A DNA stretch of 64,000 bases from Raillietiella orientalis (Eukaryota): positions 868,001 through 932,000 of the forward strand of contig JAYWIR010000015.1 in the NCBI GenBank assembly GCA_036172245.1, given 5' to 3'. The first letter of the stretch is position 1. Every line of letters begins with the position of its first letter. Made by a program: the position numbers and the translations under genes. A model generated the notes under the pieces. The model saw only the letters and a program-made list of their open reading frames with translations, ran no database searches and was not told the origin of the DNA. Of this stretch, positions 24,751 through 36,235 are shown piece after piece.

Positions 24751-27700
24751 TATCAGTAACCGTCTCATCATTTTAACATACCAAATATTCAAGTGAACTG
24801 AGCACATGCATGCCCTGCTTTCCGGACTCCACATCACCGCCCTGATGTGTAGACACATTTCCTTTTTTCACCGAAGGATGCACTGAAAGGGCAAAATGCA
24901 GATTAGTTGCTAACCAACAGTGAAAATTAGGGACTTTATAGATGGCATTTCTTTAAATATTCATCATTCTATATTTTTCTCTTCAAACAAAACGCTCGCG
25001 TATCCTTAGCAGAAAGGACTCTCAAGTATTGCCTTCCTATATTCACACGCAACTCATGATCGCAATTTTATGCAAAAATTCCTTCAGCAGCCATTAAAAG
25101 AAAGAGGAACATAATCCCAGGTCTTACTATACGATTTTAAGCACCAAGGAAAAGAATCCTTCCGACCATCCGTGGCCAAAAGCAGTGGGCACCCATACCA
25201 ACATGCGTACAAGAAACCGATCGTATTCTGGATCAAAAGGAACCAACGAGAAATGCGAAGGAGGCAATGATTCCGAGGTATCCTTTCTTCTAAATGCCTG
25301 GAGCGTGTTTCTTTCTGCCAAGTAAAAAAAAAAAAGGAAAACAAAACTAGAAGAAAAAAAAAAGATGAAGTAAGGATTCACATGCATTAAAATCGATTAC
25401 CGGAGATGCATTGCATCACATGCGAAGATGAAATCAGAGAGCTTCGTGTAAAGAGATACCTTATCGTAGGAAAACAGCTTCAGTTTGGAGCACCTGAAAC
25501 TTGGAATCAAACTGGGAATTATGGAACGGAAGAAGTCTATAAAAATTTATGGCTGGCGTTTTTTTTTTGGCTTGCAACCGCATTCGATGGGAAATTCCAA
25601 GTAGCTCCTCTGTACTTATCTGATCAAATTTTAGATTCATCTGTTTCCATATCGCACGCTTAACAGAATGTTCCTTTCCCTATGTGCAACATTTTTTCAC
25701 CGTGTTCTTCTGGATGCCACATCTCCCCCCTTCTTTATCGCTGCAGTTACAAAGTTTTTTACCCCCTACACTTTTACTGTCGAATGTCCATCCTCTTCGA
25801 TTTTCAGTGGGGTGAACCGTACAAGAGAGTACATTTTCTGTACAAGAGATTTATTTCAAGTTCACATAGATCATATCAAATTTCTCACCCGATCCTTAAA
25901 TGCATCACTGGAAAATTCCTGGCGGGCGGTTTCCTGAGGAGCCAACCGTTCAGAATCCTCTTGGAGATGCTGATGGATTTCTTTAACTTCCCGCTTGGAG
26001 GTAACAAAACGATATCAAAAATCTGCCCATTCCTTCTGAGTTTGTCCCAGGATGCCAGAGTCGTAGAGATTTCGAATCCGCCTTCTTCGTAATTCGTAGA
26101 GCAGCATATGTAATTAAAAAGCAGCGGATTATAATTTGTCAAGTCTGTGGCCGTAGCGATAAAAAGGGTACTTTGCAGACCATCAGTGCTGGAAAAATGT
26201 GACCGTCTCATCTGAAAACAAAATTTGTTTCCAACGTGGACGGTAAGACAAAACTTTTGAGGGAAAAGATTCCATGGTTCTAATAATTGGAATAAATCAA
26301 AACAGCTATCGTCTAATCGTCTAAAAAGGTGCTACTGTGATACGTCCAGAGATTGTCCTTACTAATCTTCATCATGAAGAAAAAAAAGCCATTGATGTCC
26401 ATCATCTTTCAACATCAAGAATGGCAGTAAAATGCTCAAAAGCAATTTGTTGTGTAGCTTTTGCTCAAAACAGAGAGCACTCAGAAAAGTGAACAAAAGG
26501 AACACATTAAGAAGAAATATATATATCTTAATGTGCAGTTTCTCGAAAAACCATCAATAAAAACGGGTCGCTGGCTCAGATGCTTTTTTAATGACATCAA
26601 TTAGCTTTTTTGTCCTCTGTCCAATTTACACGGCTGCAGATCTGTAATGGATTCTCCAGAATATCCTCTTGCCTCATCTGCTAAACAGAAGAAGAGCTCT
26701 ACCTACGGAAGGGAGAAAGGGCCAATGAGTTCCCGCAATCAAATCTTTTCGACTTTTGCGACGGCATTCAGAAATAGTGCGGAGCGTGGTCACGATGACC
26801 AGTGACTAAGTGCAACCAATGACTGAAATCAAGCTGTAATTCATGAAGCCCTTAAGAAACGCAGCAGTTCTTCAAGAGAGAGAAGAAAAAACAGTTCTGG
26901 TTTTGTGATTTTGTAATTTTCTCATCATTTATTAGGATGACCACCAATGTATGAAATCAGTTGGCGCTTGTATCTCCTTGCTAGCGATAATAAGTACAAA
27001 TCCCTACATTTTAAATCGTGTGACTGAATTTCTCAAAGTACATTCGGGTACGCATACCCTATCGCTGGGTCCTTCTGTCGCTGCATGGAGCAACGCGACG
27101 GGAGGACCCAGCGATAGGGATGCCGGCGAATACGCCGTCCGCTTCCTGATGATCCCACCTGGAATCCCATATTCAGGAAGAGCTTGCCGGCATCCTCCAG
27201 AGGATGTGACGGACCCCAACCAGCAGCCTGTGATCCCTTCCCATTCCCTCCCCAGTTCTTTCGTCTACCTTTCTTTTTTGTTTTTCTTTTTGTTTATGGC
27301 CCCTCCTCTCTGCTGCTGAGGTGGACCGCACCGATCTGCGAACCGGTGACCCGGCGGGCTTTGATCATCTAGCGCGTGGCTGGACCACTGGGCGAGCCAC
27401 AGATTCTGTAAAATGCGCATTTTTAAATTATTCGAAACGCTAATAAGTGCAAAAATCTAATGCATCCAGAATCCTATTTTGAGGAGTTACTTAATCTGTC
27501 ATCACGGTCAAGGAGGAAAATTACATGTGTGCGTTTCGTGCGTGCATTAAGGTTTCCATTGTGGGATTGGGTATGCTGTCCTGCAAGCGAAATAGCTAAG
27601 GGAGAAAAAGAGGGCGAAACCGTCATCAACAGAGCTGGGTAAATTCCTCGCAATCCAGAGATCAAAAGAATCGTTCCTAATCTTTATCTAAATGTTATAC

Positions 27701-28095
27701 TCTAGAAATAATTCGTACAATAAAACTTGGAATTTATTTATTTTTCTTTTGAAGGCAGCTGAAAGAATTTTTGCATAAAACTACGATCATGATTTGTGTA
27801 TATGACTGTGAACGTAGGAAGGGAAGATTTGAAAGTCCTTTCTGCTAAGGATATGTGAGCGTTTTGTTTACAAAAAAAAAAATAACAATAATGAATACTT
27901 AAAGAGATGCTAATTTTCAATGTTGGTTAGCAGCGAATATGCATTTGACCCTTGAATGCATCTTTCAGTGAAAGAAGGAAATGTTGCTACACGTCAGGGC
28001 GGTGATGTGGAGTCCGGAAAGCAGTGCCACGGGCATGCATGTGCTCAGTTCACTTAAATATTTGGTATGTTAAAATGATGAGACGGTTATGGATA
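24751..28095 (+). mobile_element. Decayed Mutator-like (MULE) DNA transposon with ~350-bp terminal inverted repeats
   Basis: 24751-~25100 is a diverged reverse complement of ~27745-28095. Internal remnants in order: FDGKFQVAPLYLSDQI at ~25583 (cf. DGTFKxAP..FxQL), NRTREY, MLMDF (cf. xxDFE), KICPFLLSLSQ (cf. GCxFHLxQ), NSAERGH at ~26773 (cf. TNNxxEGWH). No TSD recognised. Confidence 0.65.
27040..27360 (+). mobile_element. 3' end of the LINE family (copy C) nested in the MULE
   Basis: agagcttgccggcatcctccagaggat, a T-rich tract, cctc.ctctgctg and accggtgacccggc match the reverse complement of 11255-11425. Confidence 0.65.
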
Positions 28096-28365
28096 ATCGA
28101 AAGGAAAGGACATTTAAATACGAATGTGATTCTGAGCATTTATGGAAGCATAGCATCAGTTGTCCTATAAGAAAGATATGAGACCCGTTTAGGAGTCGAA
28201 AGAGATCGACAGGATGTCAACTGATTTTATAAGAGTACATGACGGATTGAGAAAAAGAGAGGAGACTTGAAAGAGGGGGATACATACTCAAAAATAAAAT
28301 GTTCCATCTCAGACAAAGCATCATCATTTAATTTCACTTTCTGTCCCTTTACTAATGACCAGCAT

Positions 28366-28875
28366 TACAGGTGCCACCATTGAGGCCCTATCCACTTTAG
28401 TCAGGCATGTGCAGCAAGCCTCCCAAGCACCTGCGTGTAATACCACGTGAAGTGCCACCCTTGCGGCAGACTCGGTTTCACCATCATCAGTAACAAAGAA
28501 AAGAGTATTTCAGCAGCATTTCAGTCTCGGAAACAAAAAAGGAAAAACGAGGCTGCGTCGTGTGAGATGAAGTCGGTAGAAAAGTGAAGACAACGTGGCA
28601 GCATCCAATTCCGTTTTCAGCAGGCAGCACAGTGCCGGGGTCCAAGCCTTCGGCTCCATCCGGAGGAGGAACACTGCGAAACACCATAAGCTCTGATCCA
28701 TAAGCAGTGCTCATACCGCGGAAAGCACAATAGATGGAGAAGCGTCGAAAGAGTGTGTGTTGTCTGAGGTTTCATCTTCTAGCCACATTCCGAACTTCTC
28801 GGTGAGGTTTTATCTTCTGGCCACGTTTCGAACTCCTAGCTGAAGCACAGCTTTTGCACCGAGGCATTTGAAGCT
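28366..28875 (+). repeat. 510-bp direct duplication, copy 2
   Basis: See 24241-24750. Confidence 0.95.
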
Positions 28876-30559
28876 CAAGACTGGAACAGATCGTCTTGAT
28901 GCTGTGTGGTTGAGTACGTTGCTGGTAGCTGGTCGTATAGACAAATTAAACTGTGAGATACTTGTTGCTAGGAACGATTAGTTTTTTTTTTTTTTTTCAT
29001 CTGGATGCCATTTGTGGTGCCAGTGACTCTTGTTTTGTCATGCCAGAAGAGAAAAACACTCAGGTGATGAGACATGGCTCCTAGATTTGCAGATTGGTAA
29101 ATGATTTCTATGTAAGGCATCTCTAAACTGATCTTCTTATGTGGTGAATGGAAATTTGAGCAAAGTGACAGACAAGACAAGTGACAGCTTGCAGGTTGAA
29201 TAAGATCTGCCGAAAACTCATCCTCTTGTCTTCAAGATCTTTCATCTGCAACAACAAGTGACTGTACAGTACAAAGCAACTGTTCGAAGAAATCAGCTGG
29301 AAATTTACAGCGAGTTCTTTCGCTTAAGAGATTTTTGGTGAACGAGATGTGATTTTTGGTATTTGAAACTCTGTGTTTTGATCCTTTAATAGCTTGAAAG
29401 CAATAGCAAGTTAAAATCTCATGGTTTTGAAAATTTGGTGATGACTGGTATGGAGGTATTTTCTCAGCCCAAGAGTGAATCAGTTCAAGGTTGGTATTCC
29501 CTTCACTAAGAACTGCTTCTACCTAACGCTACCTGTCAGACTATGAAGGTTTTCTTCATAGTCTGGTGTAGGCGCCAACTAACTGATGTCAGAAATGAAT
29601 TTTAGAGCAACTAAAGAAAATGAATGAGACAAGGTCTCTTGGATTTGTGTGGTAGGATCCAGATGCAGTCAAGGTACTCAGAATCATTAACGATGATGCT
29701 CCAACCACGACTGAAAGGAGGAAGGAAATAGGATTTCTCGAAAAACACACCTTGGTGACTAAATGAGCCACCCAGCGTACTCTGTTGTGGGATTCCTCAG
29801 AAAGTCTCAGCTAGAATAAAAAAAAAAGATATATTCTGATAGACAGATGAGTTGTGATATCCATAGTTCATAAGTCGTAGTGACAAACAGGTCACGATGG
29901 AAATCGGAAAAAACTTAAAATAGAGAAACTAAAATACAGAAGAAGGAAACAAAGGATCGTTTCGTTTTTTCTGGAAGTTGAACGATCCAATCATAAGGAT
30001 TGGGTTCATTTTTCTCAAACGCGTATTAATGGTAATTCTCACCTGAAAAAGGGTATTCCATCTTCCTTTAGGAGGGATCCTTTCTCATTGCATAGTGATC
30101 GCAGTTTCAACCTTACAGAAATGATATTTGCTTGTTAAGAGTAAACAATATTTAAGTCAAGAAGTGATGACGTAATCATTTGCTTGTACAACGAAAAGCA
30201 TCTTTGATTTGTATCTGTGTACGGTTATTCCTGATTCTAGTGCTCTGATGAAAAGTACAAGTATTCAGGATATTTTCATTTTATTCATGAACATTATGTA
30301 TTGCCCCCATATACAAAAAAAAGTTTCTTCCAGCCTTGGGATTGTCACTGAGCAGCCAGAAAAACAGCTGCTCATCGTAAAACGAGAAGCAGCTTCAACG
30401 TAGCGCACCCTTCTCTAAAGAGAGCTCGGGTGGAAGACCAGCCCACCCTCACCCTCTCCGGAGGAGGGGAGCCCAGGGAAAGAAATGGAAGGGGGGAGTT
30501 GCCATGTACAGAATCACAGATTTGCACACTATTGTAGAAATGACCGACTCCCATAGTGT

Positions 30560-32700
30560 TTCGTCTGTGCTAATCGTTTTCAAAAGTTTACGTAAGGCTA
30601 TTCTAAAATCACGACAAACAAAGATAAGTTTGGGCCAAAGCATCTTTCTGATCCCGGGAGCTTTAAATGCACACCGTTCTTAGGCCCGTTTCACAAAGGA
30701 TACAAAACTTTTTAACGCTTCCCCCATGAAGACAGCATCACCAATCCCCGAAGTCGAAAGTACCATCTTTGGACAACTGCCGGTTTTGAGTCGAAAGATT
30801 AAAATCGTGAGCATATCTTTGGTTTGTGTTTCATGTGGACTTTATCCATGAAACAATTTTTAATGATTTTCTCTTTGCTGATGAGATTGATACTTTGATT
30901 TGTGCTTGGTTACTCACTTCAGTGTGCTTATCCATTCGAAGAGCAGGGTGCTCTCTTTTGGAAGAGCAGGATGCTCTCCTTGCCTCTCTTTTTTATTTTC
31001 TTCAGTTTTAATTTTTGCACCTTCGAAATTACAGACGCCTCCATACTATGCGCCCTTAAACCCCGAGATTTTTCCTCTCCTTCCCGAAACGCTGCTTCCA
31101 TTACTGTTCGGATTCCACTGGTCTCAAAAGTCCCTTCAGTATGATCACCTGCCAACGGATAATCTTCTCCTGAAAGTTTGCCATTCATCCTCACATCTGC
31201 ATCTGGTTTCTTAGTATGCAGTTCCAGCATCTCGGAAAAGGGTCTAATAATTTGTTTTTTAAAGTTGCGACGCTTTCCGAGGAAAGCTCGGCTTCATATA
31301 ATCTGAAACCACAGTAGCATGTAGCACACGGTAGCACAATTCCAGAATATCCCATGCCAGTGGCTCAAATTAAAGTCAGATCCAGCTTAAAGGCAGCTGC
31401 CAGATAGCATTGTGATGCAGAGCTTTGGAAAGCTGCGTTGCTGTGCTGTTTGTGTCCGAGAACTTTTCACTACCTGTGAGACCACCCATAAATGTCTTTT
31501 CCGTTTCCCAATATATTTTTTTTAATCGGGTTCGTAAAAAATGCATCCTCGCTTTTAATTGGATTTCAGAGCGACCCTTTTCCTGGGATCCTTGTGAGAA
31601 GAAAGGAGTATACTTCAAGGAATGAATCTGTGTGGCTCACAAAACGACTGTTCGTCTGACTGAGATATGCAGATGAAATGAATCAAATGACATGCGGTTC
31701 GAGGGAGACGAAGCCGAGCCACCGTGTGTGGTAATAAACCATAAGGTACTCAACAAAAGGAAGTGGCCTCGCATCTTCGATGGTGCATCTTCGTTGCTGA
31801 TATGTTAATCCAAGTACTTCGCCACCAAGAGGTTGCATGCGCACGAAATTTGCTCAGTTTTAAACTTTCCTGAATCGGTAATTACTCAAAGCAGGCAGCT
31901 TAACAAGGATGGATAATCAGTCAATCCACCCATGATGGGGAGAGTTTTGCTCGAGTCTCAATGCGACCAATGGCTCGTTTTGGGGGGATGGGGATCGTCT
32001 GAATAATTGGTATACTTGCAAACAACCCGAAAATTACAAGAGTGCCTCGAAGTATGCCCTTAGAACTCCAGTTGGAAAACACAGATTTCATCAATAAACG
32101 TAAGAAGAGGATCTGGACTATCCATCTCATTCGTCTTAAGGTCATCAATGTTCCATTTTTTGTGTGCAAGTGTCAATTTCTCTGAAAGAATCATATGAAA
32201 ATTTGCGTGGCAAATGGTGTGTTTCATCTTTTTTGAATCTGGGTATTTTTTTTGGAAACAGAAAGAAACAGACTTCAATTTGGCAGTCCCTCTGGAAAGA
32301 TTGCACAAATTCATCTTCAGCAACACCTTATTCTTCAGGAGTTAACTTGGACTCCCAGTATTCATGACGTTGTCCTCGCCGGTGTCACACCAACGAGGAC
32401 AATTTGCCTCAATCTTATCCCATCCATACCATTGCAATACAGAATGTGTAGAGTACTTCATATTTTTGTACATGAACTCATTTCATGCACATTAGCGTGG
32501 CATGTGGTTTCATGACTGAGAACGATCTGCAGCATTCACCGTAACCACACCATTGCAGAAGGCATCAATCCAAGGCGAAATCCAATATAGGGAACAAAGT
32601 TTCATTAGATAGAGCATAGGGAACGTTCAATATACCCTACTTAATCCTTCTATATCCTGTGTAATTGTTTCATCATGTGGGATTCCATTATACGATCGTC
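30560..32700 (-). mobile_element. Possible very decayed LINE RT fragments
   Basis: Minus strand KAPGI at ~30655 (cf. KAPGPDG), KTGSCP at ~30780, MYKNMK...VGVTP at ~32385-32475 (cf. LY...GVRQG). Weak. Confidence 0.3.
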
Positions 32701-33175
32701 ACCAAATCATTACATATCATTGGATTATGATATCTATGTGTTCATTAGATTGTCGAGTTTCTCGATAGAATAACCACGAATGCATGCAATCTGGAAAGTT
32801 TCCATCAAAATTCCAACTGCAAAACAAACAATCCTCTTGGATGCACAAATGAACCACTCTTCGTTCAAAAACGCTTTCAGAAGCCCTTCGCACGTCCAAA
32901 CACTTAACATTCCATCTCGTTTTCGTGAGAACAAAAAAAACGGATTCCGAAACAATCATAATTTAGCATCTCTTAATGCCGGAAATGTGTTCATAAACAG
33001 AGAAAAAATCTCTGGTTTACCGAAACACACAGAACAAAATGATGTAGAGGATTGCTTTTCAAACTGCTGCCTTGCACTGGGGCAGGACTATCTGCAAGGA
33101 GGGAGTAAGATGTCCAGGGGAGAGAAAAAAAAAAAAAAACATGAAGTGTGGGTTTGGGCAGCAAATTCTTCTTTA

Positions 33176-33452
33176 GAGTAGCACTCCCTTCCCACCGTCT
33201 CCGCAAACGGCTAACGCGTGTTATAGAATGACTGGTGTACGCTTCCCTTGTTCCGGTTCCCTTATTCATAGTATTTGTCTTCCTGAATCCAGAAAATCGA
33301 CTGCCCGTTCCACCTATCCATTGGCCTCCTGCCCGAATCGAAACGTTTGCCACTTCCCTCCCTCACGGGTTGCATGAATTTGCTCCCTACTTGCTGAAAC
33401 ACTCTCCTCGCTCCCTGCTAGAACACCGCTGCTCTTCTGCATGGGGAACTGT
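33176..33452 (+). repeat. 277-bp segment with a ~96% identical inverted copy at 35845-36121
   Basis: Direct reading shows about 11 substitutions and no indels. The ORF track has near-identical peptides (MYASLVPVPLFIVFVFLNPENR...) on opposite strands. Confidence 0.92.
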
Positions 33453-35844
33453 CCGTCGCGTCTTCGGCTTTGTTCAAGGGGGTGTTCCTGGCTCGAGGAA
33501 ATCTCCCACGGAAAGGTCATTTCCGCGAACGCTGCTACGGCCAGAGCACATGTCTTCGAAAACTGCCCTCTTCGGCTTGTCCACTTCGCACGTGGCTGGT
33601 GCTGCTCCCGGCGATTTGTGCGATCCCGGCGGGAGCGTTGTCCCGGTCTGGAAGCAGCTCGCATTACAGCAAATTTTCCTTGAATCGGCGTTCGGGAGTG
33701 GAACAGCTTGTTCCTGACCTTTGGTGGAGTTGCCGGTGACCTTCCCAGTTCCTTAGCGCGTCTCCTGCGTGCCCGCAGCGGAATTCGTCGGCATTGCACA
33801 TACATTTTGCAGACCTCGCACAATCAGGCGTGTTTACAACATCAAGTGTTTATTTTTCTCGTGTTTACTACTTTTGACACCCAGCAACATGTGGCAATGC
33901 TGAAGTGCATGCTGAGTTTCTCTCTACTGCCAAGGGCTTCTATCGATCGATAACTATTTTGGACACGCCTTAGGAAGAGAGTTGAACCAGAAAGCGGCTT
34001 CCACTAGCAGCAAAACGAGGCAGTTGAGGCCGCAAGGAGCCAGAATGAGGAAACTGGGGTGTACACACCATTTACATCGTGGGTCCATTAGTATCGATCG
34101 ATACTGGTAGGGGAGGGAATCCAAAATGTTTGCTTGGAACGGGAATTCTTCCTCAGGCTGAGCGGTGCCGGATAAAGTAAAGGAGGTAAGTCCGGCGAGG
34201 AAGTTCATAAAATGTGATGAAGTCTGAGAAAGTCGGTCATTCGTAAAATGTTCAAGCACTGAATTCAGTGAGTTATGTAAATGAGGGAAGGAAGAGACGT
34301 CCTCATCTCCTATTACATACCTGTACATTACCTATTTACTTTTTTTTTTTTTTTATCCTGGCAACAGAGGAATAACGCTTCCTTCATTACCGGGAAAAGC
34401 TGTCAATCTCTCGTTCCATGAAACTGCTAACAGCTCTACCTTATGTTCTTTTCTAGTGGCTGAGGTGACGTGACCTCGGCAGAGAATAAGAACGACCTAC
34501 GAATGAGACAGGAGAAGATTTATCGCTTTTGAGTAACTGCAGCTGCCATTGGATTGACCTCTGTTTATTCTGATGTTTGCATTGGGATCCAGCAAAATTT
34601 TAAACTTCCTTTAGCTGTTGTACTTCACTTTGTTTTTACAGTTTTTTTATTTTTCTGACTCTGCAGATGAAATTCAGCTGACTTGCCATGACACGGAATG
34701 TCGATATCACCTGATTGCTTTTTCTTGCATGCCTTACAGATTAGCGTGCTGTTCCGTATTTCTGATGATTCATCATTTATGCGTTCTTGTTTCTCTTTGA
34801 TTCCTGATTTTTTCCTTGAAATTTCGAGACAAAAAGGCTGGAGAATCCTTTCTAAACTAGGCTGCCAAATATCGAGTAATCATTCCTTTTGCTTCGACCT
34901 GGATTCCTGTATGAAAGAGTTTTTTTTTTTTTGGCCACCGGGCAAGACCTTATTTTTATGACGAAATTGCTGATCCGCACCTATGCGGATTCCTGTTTCG
35001 AGTTACTCGAAAGCACTGCGTCTTTGGAGGATATGAGAGTTTGGGGACTTGTTGGCTGGTCACCTCAATGAAAAATATCCGGAATCTGCATCTTTACCAT
35101 TGTATTCATCTAAGCGTTAAGATGCGCGCATTCACAATTGAACGTATCTTCACAAAAGCTTCTGAAGGTGGTCGGCATGTGGGGAATTCATTCGAATCTT
35201 TTGAAGAGAGACCGACTTTGCTTTGCCAGCAGTCTATTATTCTCGAGGAATGTTACAGAAATCGTTTTTTCTGGCTCTCATGAGTAACCTGACATGGAAA
35301 TTCGGGTGATAAGCATTGCTCATTTTGCTGAGGTCAGCGCTTTTCGAAGGCATCGGGAGAGAATTTCGCCTCAACTGAAATATCTCTTTGTATCTGTTTC
35401 TCAGGGAGATCAGCATATGAGATTATTCAGCATGCCTACATGCCTTGAATGCAAAGAGCGATTTCCTTGAGGTGCAGGAACGAGGAGCCACATTTTCCAC
35501 GTATCTGCCTCCCTCGTATCTTTCTAAAAACAAAAAAGGAAAAAGAAGATAAGTTTCTAAATATCGTGACAGTTGGCCCACTCGAATAACGGATTTCTCT
35601 CTCAAACATTCTTTCAAAAAGGCTCTCGTGAAATCGTAGGTGGGAGCATGGCTGCTGACGCCTGAGACGTTTTCATGATGGCATTCAATGTCTTATCTTT
35701 CGGGATTTTTCTGGAATAGGAGGCTATGGGTTCGTCGATGAGTGTTGTTTTTAAATAAGAAAACATGAAGAGGGGCTCTGAACCATTGGCATTCCTTGTA
35801 GCCTTTCCTCAAAAATAGTGGGTCTCCTTCCACCGACATTAAAA

Positions 35845-36121
35845 ACAGTTCCCCATGCAGAAGAGCAGCGGTGTTCTAGCAGGGAGCGAGGAGAGTGTTT
35901 CAGCAAGTAGGGAACAAATTCATTCAACCCGTGCGGGAGGGAAGTGGCAAGCGTTTTGATTCGGGTAGGGGGCCAATGGATAGGTGGAACGGGCAGTCGA
36001 TTTTCTGGATTCAGGAAGACAAATACTATGAATAGGGGAACCGGAACAAGGGAAGCGTACACCAGTCATTCCATAACACGCGTTAGCTGTTTGCGGAGAC
36101 GGTGGGAAGGGGGTGCTACTC
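35845..36121 (-). repeat. Inverted copy of 33176-33452
   Basis: As above. Confidence 0.92.
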
Positions 36122-36129
36122 GAAAGCAT

Positions 36130-36235
36130 TTTTGGTCCATCCGACTTGTGCTTTGGGAAAATACTGATAGGAAATCCCTAGGCTATTTGCGGCGTGCCTG
36201 CGGAGCAAAGCAAAAAGGGAGTATCGTGAAATGAA
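36130..36235 (+). repeat. Diverged direct repeat; second copy at ~37720-37860
   Basis: ttggtccatccg...ggaaaat.ctg..a.gaaat.cctagg.ta.ttgcgg.gtgcc is shared by both sites. Confidence 0.7.

Noticed and set aside
27340..27375. Helitron-like 3' end (GC hairpin + CTAG)
   Set aside because: The homologous copy at 11255 lacks the CTAG and no Rep/helicase remnant is visible.
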